DNA of 61,989 bases, counting the filler, from a bacterium (GTDB lineage: Bacteria > JALSQH01), in the NCBI GenBank assembly GCA_026985515.1. It is 6 parts of 6 records of this genome, joined end to end, with 100 filler letters (N's around TTAATTAATTAA, not from the genome) between each part and the next. Parts side by side here need not be neighbours in the genome. Positions count along the whole stretch, not along the records: positions 26,453 to 33,624 come from JALSQH010000233.1; positions 33,725 to 40,892 come from JALSQH010000234.1; 4 more parts are not named here. One strand, written 5' to 3'. Under the pieces are notes generated by a model that saw nothing but the letters and a program-made list of their open reading frames with translations, had not been told where the DNA came from and did no database searches. Of the stretch, positions 29,305 through 39,602 are shown piece by piece; within the stretch, counting starts at the first letter, position 1, and each line of letters opens with the position of its first letter. Made by a program: the position numbers and the translations under genes.

Positions 29305-30525
29305 TTACCCCATAACTGTCTGACCAATCTGGAATATGGGCAGATACATTGCAACCAGCAGACCTCCAACAACCACACCTAAAAATACGACGATCAGGGG
29401 CTCTATCATTGCCGTGATACCTTCGACGGCGTTGTCCACTTCTGTTTCGTAGAAGTCGGCTATTTTATTGAGCATCGAATCAAGAGAACCTGTCTGTTCA
29501 CCAACTTCAATCATCTGAACCACGAGGGGAGGAAAGATTTTACTCTCCTTCAATGGCTCAGTCATATTTTTACCCTGGGTGATAGCCTCCCTTACCTTCA
29601 TTATTTCTTCTTCAATTATTTTGTTACCACTGGAAGCGGCCACTATTTCCAGTCCATCCATAATGGGAACACCACTGCTGAGTATTGTACCCAGAGTTCT
29701 TGTGAATCTTGCCACAGCCTGCTTTTTAATAAGGTCACCAAATGCGGGGAGTTTCAAAAACATGGCGTCTAAAATCCTTCTTCCTTTCTCAGTTGAGGCA
29801 ATATATCTGTACAGAACAATCAGGGCAATTACACCTATTGTTAGCCAGAGGAAATTGTGTGAAAACCAGTTACTCAGCCCAATGGCGATCCTTGTGGGTA
29901 ATGGAAGCTGACCGCCCATATCTTCAAACATCTTTGCAAAGGTTGGGATGACAAATTTCATCATTGCTGCAACGACCACCACAGCAACAACAATAACGAT
30001 CATGGGGTATCTCAGGGCTTTCTTTACTTTCTCTCTTACTTCCTTTGCCTTCTCCATCTGCTGGGCAAGTCTGTTAAGAACGGTATCCAGAACACCACCA
30101 ACCTCACCGGCTGCCACAAGGCTTACAAATAACTGATCGAAAACTTTTGGATGTTTCTTCAGAGCATCTGCAAATGTGGAACCGCTTTCCACATCAGCTT
30201 TAACTTCCATCAGGACCTTTTTGAATGTTGGATTTGGCTGTTGCTGGGCAAGTATATCCAGTCCCTGTACGATGGGAAGTCCTGCATCTATCATCGTTGC
30301 AAATTGTCTGGTGAACACAACGAGGTCATCTATGGTAACTTTTGGCTGGAGGAAAGAGATGTTCAGTTCTTTGCTGAAAATACTCTCCCCTTTCTTTTTT
30401 ATTTTTATGGGAGTAATTCTCTGACTCTGGAGAATTGACCTTACAGCCTCTTCAGAGGCCGCCTCAATTTCTCCTTTCTGGGTGCCACCATCAGGCAATT
30501 TTCCTTCCCAAACAAATACCGGCAT
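29305..30525 (-). CDS. pilC: Type IV pilus platform protein
   Basis: FTRQFATMIDAGLP, GEVGGVLD, AMYLPIF. Confidence 0.95.
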   Translation of the reverse strand: MPVFVWEGKLPDGGTQKGEIEAASEEAVRSILQSQRITPIKIKKKGESIFSKELNISFLQPKVTIDDLVVFTRQFATMIDAGLPIVQGLDILAQQQPNPTFKKVLMEVKADVESGSTFADALKKHPKVFDQLFVSLVAAGEVGGVLDTVLNRLAQQMEKAKEVREKVKKALRYPMIVIVVAVVVVAAMMKFVIPTFAKMFEDMGGQLPLPTRIAIGLSNWFSHNFLWLTIGVIALIVLYRYIASTEKGRRILDAMFLKLPAFGDLIKKQAVARFTRTLGTILSSGVPIMDGLEIVAASSGNKIIEEEIMKVREAITQGKNMTEPLKESKIFPPLVVQMIEVGEQTGSLDSMLNKIADFYETEVDNAVEGITAMIEPLIVVFLGVVVGGLLVAMYLPIFQIGQTVMG

Positions 30526-30540
30526 ATTACCCCCTTTATT

Positions 30541-31635
30541 TTATTTTCTTTTTACTCTTCCTCCTCCAAGTTCAAGGTTCTTAAGCATCTGTCTGAACTC
30601 CTCGGGATCTGGAGACCTGCCTATGGCATCTTCAAGGGTTATCAGTCTCCTCTGGTAGAGATTGAGCAGTGCCTGATTCATAGTCTGCATGCCATACTTT
30701 TCCTGACCAATCTGCATCTGGGAGTAAATCTGATGAATCTTGTCCTCTCTTATTAGGTTTCTGATGGCTGCATTTGGTATGAGTACCTCTGCGGCGAGTA
30801 CTCTTCCCTTTCCAGAAGCTTTGGGTATGAGGATCTGGCTTATTACTCCTTCAAGCACGAAGGAGAGCTGAGCCCTTACCTGTGGCTGCTGATGGGGTGG
30901 AAAAACATCTATGATTCTGTTAATGGTTTGAATGGCATTGTTAGTGTGGAGGGTGGCGAAGGTCAGGTGTCCCGTTTCTGCAATTGTCAGAGCCGCCTCA
31001 ATTGTTTCAAGATCTCTCATCTCACCGATCAATACAATATCAGGATCCTGCCTCAAAACATACTTCAGGGCAGTTTTAAAGGATTTTGTATCCGCCCCCA
31101 CTTCCCTTTGATTAACAATGCACTTTTTGTGGGGGTGGAGATACTCAATTGGATCTTCTATGGTAATAATATGTTCATGCCTCGTTTCATTTATTTTGTT
31201 TATCATCGATGCAAGGGTTGTGGATTTTCCGGCACCTGTGGGACCTGTGACCAGAACAAGACCCCTGGGAAGCTGAGTCAATTTTTCCACCACAGGCGGT
31301 AAACCCAGTTCCTCAAAGCTCATGATTTTATATGGGATCTGCCTGAAGGCACCTGCCACAGCCCCTCTCTGCATGAAAATATTTGCTCTGAATCTGCTCA
31401 ATCCCTTTATTCCAAAGGAGAGGTCAAGTTCATTTTCTTCTTCAAATTTATGCTTCTGTGCGTCTGTCAGAATGCTGTAGCAGAGTTGCTTTGTATCAAC
31501 GGGGCTGAGAGGCGGCATGTCAAGGGGAACAAGTTTTCCATCGATTCTCAGTTGTGGAGGAGTCCCGGTGGTGATGTGGAGGTCTGATGCACCCTTTTCA
31601 ATCATCAATTTCAGTAACTGGTGTAAGCTCAGCAT
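30541..31635 (-). CDS. pilT: Type IV pilus retraction ATPase
   Basis: GPTGAGKST, LRQDPD, AETGH, AIRNLIRE, GMQT. Confidence 0.97.
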   Translation of the reverse strand: MLSLHQLLKLMIEKGASDLHITTGTPPQLRIDGKLVPLDMPPLSPVDTKQLCYSILTDAQKHKFEEENELDLSFGIKGLSRFRANIFMQRGAVAGAFRQIPYKIMSFEELGLPPVVEKLTQLPRGLVLVTGPTGAGKSTTLASMINKINETRHEHIITIEDPIEYLHPHKKCIVNQREVGADTKSFKTALKYVLRQDPDIVLIGEMRDLETIEAALTIAETGHLTFATLHTNNAIQTINRIIDVFPPHQQPQVRAQLSFVLEGVISQILIPKASGKGRVLAAEVLIPNAAIRNLIREDKIHQIYSQMQIGQEKYGMQTMNQALLNLYQRRLITLEDAIGRSPDPEEFRQMLKNLELGGGRVKRK

Positions 31636-31646
31636 ATTTCCTCCCT

Positions 31647-33365
31647 TTAGTCTGGAGCAGATACTCTCAGAACTTCTTCAAGTGTGGTTATACCTGCCTT
31701 AACTTTGTTGAGTCCGCTTCTTCTCAATGTTTTCATACCGAGTCTGATTGCTTCCCTCTTAATTTCAAGGGCTGAAGCTCCATTAAGGATGAGTTCTTTA
31801 ATTGGTTCGGAGACAACCAGAACTTCATAGAGAGCTACCCTGCCCTTGTAACCTGTACCATCGCACGCTTCACATCCTCTTCCCCTGTAAACCTTGAATG
31901 AATCAAGCTCTTCAGGTTTTACTCCTGCATCCAGGAGAGCCTTTTTCAGTGCGTCGGTCATGGGCACTTCTTCCTTGCAGTTTTCACATATCCTCTTTGC
32001 CAGCCTCTGGGCAACAACTGCGTTGAGAGCTGAGGCCACCAGAAAGGGCTCAATTCCCATATTGAGCAGTCGTGTGACTGTGCTGGCAGCATCGTTGGTG
32101 TGGAGTGTTGAAAGAACCATGTGACCTGTTAGAGCTGCTTTTATGGCTATTTCTGCCGTTTCAAAATCTCTTATCTCTCCAACCATGATTATGTCAGGAT
32201 CCTGCCTGAGGAATGATCTCAGGGCTGCGGCAAATGTGAGACCAATTTCTTCCCTTACATTGACCTGATTTATACCCGGGAGATTGAATTCCACAGGATC
32301 TTCGGCTGTTGAAATATTAACTTCATCTGTATTCAATTCTGTTAAGGCTGAATAGAGAGTCGTTGTTTTACCTGATCCTGTGGGACCGGTTACGAGGACC
32401 ATTCCATATGGCTGATGAATTGCGTTTTTAAAATCCCTGAGCTGATCTTCCTCAAATCCTAATTTTGTCATGTCTAACTGGAGATTTGATTTGTCCAGCA
32501 ACCTCAGAACAACTTTTTCACCGAAGAGAGTCGGAAGTGTTGATACACGGAAATCCATCTCTTTGCCCTTACCGATCTTTATCTTAATTCTTCCATCCTG
32601 TGGAAGTCTTCTCTCAGCTATGTCAAGATTTGCCATTATCTTGATTCTTGAAACAATGGCGTTTTTAAGTTTCAGTGGTGGCCTCATGATTTCTCTTAAA
32701 TCACCATCTATCCTGAATCTGATCCTCATAAACTTTTCATAGGGCTCAATATGGATGTCGCTTGCCTTCTTCTGAATTGCACTCATCAGAATTGCGTTTA
32801 CCAGTTTGACAACCGGAGCCTGTTCAGCTTCTCCCTCTAACTTGGAAATATCAACTTCCTCTTCTTCCTCCTCTGCCACATCTATTTCACTTTCAAAATC
32901 ACTGAGAATCTCTGAGAAATCCTCACCTCCTATTCCGCCACCCTCTTCGTAGTATTTCTGAATTGCCTCTATGATTTCCTTTTCCGGAGCCACAACGGCC
33001 TCAACATTGTAACCGGTGTGAAATTTTATATCATCAATGGCGAAGATGTTTGATGGATCACTCATGGCAACAATAAGGGTTGAACCTGTCCTGTTTATGG
33101 GAATCACATTGTACTTTTTCGCCATCTCTTTTGGAAGAAGTTTGATCACTTCCGGATCAATTTCTATTTCTTTCAGATTAACTGCGGGAACTCCATACTG
33201 CTTGCTCAGAAACTTGGTCAGTTCCTCCTCATTGATGAAGCCCAGTCTCGTCAGATGGGTACCCAGCCTCCCGCCATGCTTTTTCTGCTCCTCCAGAGCC
33301 TTTTGTAGCTGTTCCGGAGTGATTAAATTTTCTTTTACAAGCAATTCCCCCAGTTTCTTTGCCAT
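31647..33365 (-). CDS. pilB: Type IV pilus assembly ATPase with N-terminal MshEN-like domain
   Basis: GPTGSGKT, tetra-Cys motif, KLGELL...RLGTHL; start at 33365 has a GAGGTG RBS. Confidence 0.96.
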   Translation of the reverse strand: MAKKLGELLVKENLITPEQLQKALEEQKKHGGRLGTHLTRLGFINEEELTKFLSKQYGVPAVNLKEIEIDPEVIKLLPKEMAKKYNVIPINRTGSTLIVAMSDPSNIFAIDDIKFHTGYNVEAVVAPEKEIIEAIQKYYEEGGGIGGEDFSEILSDFESEIDVAEEEEEEVDISKLEGEAEQAPVVKLVNAILMSAIQKKASDIHIEPYEKFMRIRFRIDGDLREIMRPPLKLKNAIVSRIKIMANLDIAERRLPQDGRIKIKIGKGKEMDFRVSTLPTLFGEKVVLRLLDKSNLQLDMTKLGFEEDQLRDFKNAIHQPYGMVLVTGPTGSGKTTTLYSALTELNTDEVNISTAEDPVEFNLPGINQVNVREEIGLTFAAALRSFLRQDPDIIMVGEIRDFETAEIAIKAALTGHMVLSTLHTNDAASTVTRLLNMGIEPFLVASALNAVVAQRLAKRICENCKEEVPMTDALKKALLDAGVKPEELDSFKVYRGRGCEACDGTGYKGRVALYEVLVVSEPIKELILNGASALEIKREAIRLGMKTLRRSGLNKVKAGITTLEEVLRVSAPD

Positions 33366-33492
33366 ACTTCGCACCTCTTTTTTTATATAGTTTAGCACAC
33401 ATTTGGGAATAAAACAATGGTACGCTTTAGCTCAAAAATAATCTTACCGAAAAAGGTGGTGTTTACTCAGAAAAATTCCCATAATAAAATTC

Positions 33493-33520
33493 GTGGCCGC
33501 ACCAAGAAAGGCACGGCCAC
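33493..33520 (-). terminator. Hairpin upstream of pilB, probable terminator of a gene lost at the contig end
   Basis: Minus strand GTGGCCGTGCC-TTTCTT-GGTGCGGCCAC (11 bp including 2 G-U), followed by U-rich sequence. Confidence 0.45.
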
Positions 33521-33624
33521 ATCAAAACATAACAAGGAGAGTCATATGAATATTATCTTACCAACAAAAGGATATAATCACAACCAGAAGAGGACCATTG
33601 TTGCAATTAACTATAAACTTTACA

Positions 33625-33724
33625 NNNNNNNNNNNNNNNNNNNNNNNNNNNNNNNNNNNNNNNNNNNNTTAATTAATTAANNNNNNNNNNNNNNNNNNNN
33701 NNNNNNNNNNNNNNNNNNNNNNNN
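33625..33724. other. Artificial contig linker
   Basis: N44-TTAATTAATTAA-N44. Confidence 0.98.
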
Positions 33725-34224
33725 TTTCTTGCAATGCCATTTTCTATTATGTTGAAGAAGGATTTAACAAAGTCAATGTCGTGAAGCACCATTCCATATG
33801 TGTACCAGTTGTCAGTGAACCTTACTATAGCCTCAATTTCTGTTTCATCGTAGTAGAAGTAGCTGACACACCTGTGTTCACTGCATACTCTGCTCCCATA
33901 AAAGGCAATGTCTCTCAGATCTTTACCCTTGTTCTGCTCAGGATGGAGGACGCATCCCACAATTTTTTCCTCGTCGTCCAGGAATGTTAAAAAGGGACAG
34001 GTGTAGATTGTGGGGAATAGTATATGTTTTTTTTCAGCTTTCTCCATGTAGTAACGGTAACCTTCAAGATCATCTCCCCAGATCTTCAGTTGCCTTTTCC
34101 TTTCCCTTAGAATCTCTGTGAGGAATTTCTTTGAGTGGTCCACAAAATTGTAGAGACCACAGCATGCACCACACGATTTTTTTTCGTCAGGATGGCAGAG
34201 GAAAAATTCACCTTGTTTTTCCAT
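33725..34224 (-). CDS. Cys-rich hypothetical protein (3' truncated)
   Basis: CHPD..SCGACCGLYN, CPFL, GCVLHP, C...C; ATG 34224 avoids overlap with epmA. Confidence 0.75.
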
Positions 34225-34231
34225 ATGTGAA

Positions 34232-34260
34232 ATTATATTATGTAATTGAGTTTCTTTCAA
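34232..34260 (-). promoter_or_regulatory. sigma70 promoter giving a leaderless transcript
   Basis: TTGAAA-17-TATAAT-7nt-ATG, no SD. Confidence 0.65.
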
Positions 34261-34270
34261 AGAAGTTGAG

Positions 34271-35206
34271 ATGAAGTCTGGAGAAATTGCCCGGTTGAGA
34301 AGTCTTCTTATTGCAAATATTTTCTCTTTTTTTATCGAAAGGGAATTTGTATTCGTTGATGTTCCATCCATTGTTTCCTTTCCAGGAGTGGAAGTTAACA
34401 TAGATCTGTTTGAGGTAAATGGTATGTTTTTACATCCTTCACCTGAAATTGAAATTAAAAAATCTATTGCAGAGCTTGACTTTGAAAGGGCTTTTTACAT
34501 GGGACATGTTTACAGAAAGGAGAGAAGAGACAGCACCCACCTCCCTGAGTTTATGATGGTGGAGTGGTACAGAAAAGGTGTGGATCTTGAGGTTATTAAG
34601 AAAGATGTAATTCTTCTTGTTTCCCGTCTCTATGAGCTTGTAATTGATAGAGGGATAGAACCTCCTTTCAACCCCTTATCATACAGAGAATTTTCTGTGA
34701 GAGAACTCTTCATGTCAGAGTATGGGATTGAACTCTGCATGGAGGATATTGAGAGTTTTACAGAAAAAGCGAGGAAAATCACAGGGATTGAAAGTAGTTA
34801 CTATGCCGCTGATGATCTTTTTTTTGTACTCTGGCTTCCCGTTGAGGAAAAATTGAAGAGGGAAAATCAGATCTTTTTCATTAAGGATTATCCATCTTTC
34901 GTTTCTTCTCTTGCTGAAGCGATGGAGGGTTGCCCGGGGGTGGTAAAGAGAATGGAGTTTTACATTTCACCTTATGAAATTGCCAATGGATACTGTGAAC
35001 TGCATGGGGGTGAAAGTTACAGGAGAAGGTTCGATCTTCTGAATCAGCTGAGAAATGCAAGAGGTCTGGATGAGATTGAGGTTGATGAAGATTTTCTGAA
35101 ATTGATGAATTTGTATCCTCCCTCTGCAGGTATCGCTCTCGGAGTTGATAGATTATTGATGGCTCTTCTGGGAGTTGGGGAAATATCGGATGTATCCTAT
35201 TCGTAG
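34271..35206 (+). CDS. epmA: EF-P lysine aminoacylase (GenX/PoxA)
   Basis: LysRS catalytic domain only: LHPSPE, HLPEFMMVEWY, EIANGYCEL, PPSAGIALGVDRL. Confidence 0.85.
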   Translation: MKSGEIARLRSLLIANIFSFFIEREFVFVDVPSIVSFPGVEVNIDLFEVNGMFLHPSPEIEIKKSIAELDFERAFYMGHVYRKERRDSTHLPEFMMVEWYRKGVDLEVIKKDVILLVSRLYELVIDRGIEPPFNPLSYREFSVRELFMSEYGIELCMEDIESFTEKARKITGIESSYYAADDLFFVLWLPVEEKLKRENQIFFIKDYPSFVSSLAEAMEGCPGVVKRMEFYISPYEIANGYCELHGGESYRRRFDLLNQLRNARGLDEIEVDEDFLKLMNLYPPSAGIALGVDRLLMALLGVGEISDVSYS

Positions 35207-36450
35207 CGCAAAATTTCTGCTGGCCTGATTTTAGTTGCTCTGCTGGCAGGATAGATGGCAGCAAGGATTATAATCACAAATGCGGCTATGTTTATGAGTA
35301 GAATTGTAACTGGATCAATCTGGACCGGAATGGTGGTTATGTAGTAGATGTCACTGGGCAATTTTATGAAATGATATTTTGAAAGAAGCCAGCAGCTTAT
35401 CAATCCCAGAATGTCACCTCCGATTATTCCAGTTCCACCCACTATTGCACCGGTGTAGATGAATGTTTTTCTTATCAGAGAAGGTTCTGCTCCCATTGTC
35501 TTGAGAATGGCAATCTCCTTTCTCTTATCTGTGACCAGCATAACGAGTGAAGAGGCGATGTTGAAGGAGGCAACAAGAATTATGAGAAAGAGGAGAAGGA
35601 TCATGACTGTTTTTTCCAGTTTCAGTGCCGAAAAAAGATTGTAATTCATTTCAACCCAGTCTCTGGTGTAGTATGGGAATCCCAGTTTGTTTTCAAGCCT
35701 TTCCGCAATTTGTGGGGCTCTTTCCACATCTTTCACAGATACTTCTATGCCTGTTATTTGGTGATCCATTTTGAAAAATTTCTGAGCTGATTTCAGTCCA
35801 ATGAGAACGAGTCCCGAGTCATAATCATACATTCCTGATGCAAATATACCCTGTACCTGAAACTGCATCATTCTGGGCATGACACCAACCGGTGATAGAG
35901 CACCGGTAGGGGAGATCACTGTTACAAGATCACCCAGAGTGACACCCAGGTTGGTTGCCAGTTCTTTACCAAGTACTGCACCGGTAACTTTAATCTTCTG
36001 GCCCTCTTCAGTTGATACTTCTCGTGGATAGTCAAGATTTTTAAGGGTTCCTTTGACCAGATACTGTGGAAGCCTGGTCGCATTTCCAATTGTTTCTGGA
36101 TCTATTCCTCTTATTATTGCCCCCATTACACCTGATGATGAAGATATAAGTATCTGATTGAGAATGAAGGGTGAAGCTCCTGTTACATCTGGATCCGAGG
36201 TTATTTTTGTTATCAGGGAAGGGTAATTTTTGATGCCGCCTCCAAACTTGAGCACAACTATGTGGGCATTCACTCCCAGTATCTTATCCTTTATTTCTTT
36301 CTGAAAACCACCCATCACGGAGAGGACAATTATAAGAGCCATAACCCCTATGACTATTCCCAGGATGGAGGCAACAGTTATGAATGAGAAAAAACTCTCA
36401 TTATGCTTTCCCCTCAGATACTTCAGAGCCAGTTTCCAGCTCAGCTCCAT
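35197..36450 (-). CDS. lolE: Lipoprotein-releasing ABC permease LolC/E
   Basis: VLSVMGGF, ALKLEK, EIAILKTMGA, YPASRA..PAEILRYE. Confidence 0.92.
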   Translation of the reverse strand: MELSWKLALKYLRGKHNESFFSFITVASILGIVIGVMALIIVLSVMGGFQKEIKDKILGVNAHIVVLKFGGGIKNYPSLITKITSDPDVTGASPFILNQILISSSSGVMGAIIRGIDPETIGNATRLPQYLVKGTLKNLDYPREVSTEEGQKIKVTGAVLGKELATNLGVTLGDLVTVISPTGALSPVGVMPRMMQFQVQGIFASGMYDYDSGLVLIGLKSAQKFFKMDHQITGIEVSVKDVERAPQIAERLENKLGFPYYTRDWVEMNYNLFSALKLEKTVMILLLFLIILVASFNIASSLVMLVTDKRKEIAILKTMGAEPSLIRKTFIYTGAIVGGTGIIGGDILGLISCWLLSKYHFIKLPSDIYYITTIPVQIDPVTILLINIAAFVIIILAAIYPASRATKIRPAEILRYE

Positions 36451-37955
36451 TCTTCTTCCTTCTTTCTTCTGAGGAGAGGGAAGAGAATTACTTCCCTTAT
36501 TGAGGGTTGATCGGTTAGAAGCATGACCAGTCTGTCAATACCAATTCCCTCACCGGCGGTGGGGGGTAATCCATATTCAAGTGCCCTGATGTAATCATAA
36601 TCTATTTCCGGGGGAACCTCTTCGTCACCCCGTTCTCTGTCCTCTAACTGCTTTTTAAATCTTTCAAGCTGATCAGCTGGATCATTCAACTCGGAGAAGG
36701 CATTAGCTATTTCTCTTCCATAGATGTAAAGTTCAAATCTATCGGTTACGGTGGGATCCTTCTGATTTCTTCTTGCCAGCGGGGAAACCTCTACAGGGAA
36801 GTGGGTTACAAAGGTGGGATTGATCAGCTTTTCTTCCACAAATTCTTCGAAGATGATTGTTTGAAGCTCCCCGATACTCTCCTCCCCAGAGAGCTTAACA
36901 TCGGTTTCTTTTGAAATTTTTGAAACGAGGTACTCTTTTTCAGATATTTTTTCCTGAGGAATTTGAGCATACTTGACAATAGCTTCTCTCAACGTAATTC
37001 TTTCCCAGGGAGGGGTGAGATCAATTTCGCTACCCTGATAGGTAATCTTTGTTGTTCCTTTGATCTCCTTCAGGAGATAGGTAAACATCTCTTCTGTTAG
37101 ATCCATCAGATCCTCAAAGGTTGCGTAGGCCTGATAAAATTCAATCATGGTAAATTCGGGGTTATGCTGGGTTGATATGCCTTCATTTCTGAAATTCCTG
37201 TTTAATTCGTAAACTCTCTCAAATCCTCCAACAACCAGCCTCTTGAGGTAGAGTTCAGGTGCAATTCTCAGATATAGATCCATATCAAGTGCATTGTGAT
37301 GAGTTATGAAGGGCCTGGCCCTGGCACCACCTGGAATTGGATGCATCATGGGTGTTTCAACTTCAACAAATCCTCTTTCATCAAGGAAGTTACGAATCAG
37401 TTTTATAATTCTGTTCCTGGTAAGAAAGATTTCCTTGACCTTATCATTTACAATCAGGTCAACATACCTCTGGCGATATCTCACCTCAACATCGGAGAGC
37501 CCGTGCCACTTCTCCGGAAGGGGTCTCAGTGCCTTAACCAGAATTCTAAAAATTTCAACATTGATAGTCAATTCTCCCGTTCTTGTTTTGAACAGGGTAC
37601 CTTCCACACCGATAATATCCCCGATGTCCAGAAGTTTTTTGAATTCGGTGTACTTTTCATCTCCCAGAGTTGATTTCTGAAAGAAGAGCTGGATTTTTCC
37701 TGTGGCGTCTTTTATAACCGTAAAAGCAGCTTTTCCAAATATTCTTATTGCCATTACTCTTCCGGCTACCCTGAATTTTTTCCCTGATTTTTCAAGTTCT
37801 TCAGAATCCTTTTCTTCAAACTGATTTCTCACTTCGGCTATGGAAGTATCAGGTTTGAAATCATTGGGATACGGATAACCACATTTTTCCTGAAGAACTT
37901 CCAGTTTTTTCTTTCTCTGGAGAATCTGTTCAGTTAGGGGTGTTTGTTTTGTCAT
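36441..37955 (-). CDS. lysS: Lysine-tRNA ligase (class II)
   Basis: RYRQRY, YLRIAPELYLK, FRNEG, HNPEF, GIGIDRL. Confidence 0.98.
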   Translation of the reverse strand: MTKQTPLTEQILQRKKKLEVLQEKCGYPYPNDFKPDTSIAEVRNQFEEKDSEELEKSGKKFRVAGRVMAIRIFGKAAFTVIKDATGKIQLFFQKSTLGDEKYTEFKKLLDIGDIIGVEGTLFKTRTGELTINVEIFRILVKALRPLPEKWHGLSDVEVRYRQRYVDLIVNDKVKEIFLTRNRIIKLIRNFLDERGFVEVETPMMHPIPGGARARPFITHHNALDMDLYLRIAPELYLKRLVVGGFERVYELNRNFRNEGISTQHNPEFTMIEFYQAYATFEDLMDLTEEMFTYLLKEIKGTTKITYQGSEIDLTPPWERITLREAIVKYAQIPQEKISEKEYLVSKISKETDVKLSGEESIGELQTIIFEEFVEEKLINPTFVTHFPVEVSPLARRNQKDPTVTDRFELYIYGREIANAFSELNDPADQLERFKKQLEDRERGDEEVPPEIDYDYIRALEYGLPPTAGEGIGIDRLVMLLTDQPSIREVILFPLLRRKKEEEWS

Positions 37956-39058
37956 TTTTCTCTCCTCTTCTGAAAGTGAGGTATGCTTTTATGAATTGAT
38001 CAATTTCTCCATCAAGAACCGCCGGCACATTGCCTGTTTCAACATTTGTCCTGTGATCCTTCACAAGCTGATATGGTTGCAGTATGTATGACCTGATCTG
38101 ATTTCCCCAGGCAATTTCCTTTTTTTCTCCCTGAAGCTCCTGAAGTTTTTCCTCTCGCTTTTTCATTTCAAGTTCATATAGTTTTGCCTTTAAAATTTTC
38201 AGAGCAGTCATTTTATTCTGGTGCTGTGACCTCTCATTCTGACACTGAACCACTATTCCTGTGGGTATGTGAACAATTCTCACCGCGGAGTCGGTTCGAT
38301 TTACATGCTGTCCACCCGCTCCACTGGCGCGGAAGGTATCGATTCGAAGATCACTCTCTTTTATCTCAATTTCTATGTCATCCTCTATCTCAGGTGCAAC
38401 AGAAACTGCTGCAAAGGATGTGTGCCTTCTTTTGTTTGCGTCAAAGGGTGATATTCTCACAAGCCTGTGTACCCCCGCTTCCCCTTTGAGATAACCATAT
38501 GCATATTCTCCTGATATCAGCATTGTTACACTTTTGATTCCTGCCTCTTCACCAGGCTGAAGATCCAGGATTTTAACTTCATATCCGTGCCGCTCAGCCC
38601 ACCTCATGTACATCCTCATCAACATCTGTGCCCAGTCCTGCGCCTCTGTCCCACCTGCACCAGGTGAAATTGAAAGGATTGCATTTTTTGCATCAACAGT
38701 GTCGTTGAGAAGAAGTTTTATTTTCATCTTTTCAGTTTCTTCTTCGCATTCATTGAGCAGTTTCTCTATTTCTCTTTCCATCTCTTCATCAGGAGATTCT
38801 TCAATAAGTTCAAGAAACTCTCTAATAGTGTTCAATTTTTCCTCAAGAGAGTGGAATTCATCAAGAGTCTTTGAAACTCTCTTTTCCTCTTTGAGCAGTT
38901 TCTGTGCCTTTTCCGGATCATTCCAGAGATCGGGAGACTCTATTTTCCTCTTCAGGTCAGCAAGTTTCTTTTCAAGGGATTCTGGATCAAAGATGCCTCC
39001 TTAGAAGAGTTATTTCCTCTTCCAGACTGTTCAATCTATTCTGCAGTTCCCATGACAT
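37930..39058 (-). CDS. prfB: Peptide chain release factor 2, with programmed +1 frameshift
   Basis: SPF and GGQ motifs; 23-codon first ORF MSWELQ...RRHL ending AGGAGG-CAT-CTT-TGA; the +1 frame continues DPESLEKK. Confidence 0.95.
38987..39001 (-). promoter_or_regulatory. prfB +1 frameshift signal
   Basis: Internal SD AGGAGG, 3-nt spacer, then CTT TGA. Confidence 0.93.
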
Positions 39059-39552
39059 TATTTTCCCTCCTTTAGTTTCTGGTTCATCAGTTTTGTAGCT
39101 TTATCGAAATTCTCTTTCAGATTATTGACAACTAATTTTTCTATGCTTCTGCCAAGGCCAAAGATATTTACTTTTATTTCACCTTCCACCACTCTTTTTG
39201 CACCATTTTCCCCGTACGGTTCCACATAGAAAACCCCGCCGGTTTTTACTCTGTCCTGAAGGGTGTTTAATTTTATTTCCCATGTAAAGGAGAATGTACC
39301 CTTTTTGATCCTGTTCTCTTCAATGTAGGAGATTTTATCTCCTGCTATTTTTTTTATGGCGGCGGGAATAGAAATTTTTGGAGTTACCTTTCTCCTTATG
39401 AGAATGGTATCCCCTTCATCAAGCTCCTCAATTATTTTTAACTCTTCCAGATTCAGAGCTTCCTTTAATTCCTTTTCAAATTCCCTGTCCCAGATCAGTT
39501 CCCATACCTTCTCGGGTGGTCCCTCAAAGGTGTGCTCGATTCTGAATTTCAC
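39058..39552 (-). CDS. DUF2505/SRPBCC (START-like) protein
   Basis: F.IEH.F...E.VW...R...P...IP...Y.EE...RVVEGEIKVNIFGLG..IEK pattern. Confidence 0.7.
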   Translation of the reverse strand: MKFRIEHTFEGPPEKVWELIWDREFEKELKEALNLEELKIIEELDEGDTILIRRKVTPKISIPAAIKKIAGDKISYIEENRIKKGTFSFTWEIKLNTLQDRVKTGGVFYVEPYGENGAKRVVEGEIKVNIFGLGRSIEKLVVNNLKENFDKATKLMNQKLKEGK

Positions 39553-39602
39553 ACAACACCCCCTTCAGTTTTTCCTTTATTTTAATATGCGGAGAATATA
39601 TT

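Noticed and set aside
33417..33680. Plus-strand ORF upstream of pilB as a pilin, or the nearby hairpin as a riboswitch
   Set aside because: No prepilin G-FTLIE motif and the ORF runs into the linker; the hairpin has no recognisable aptamer features.
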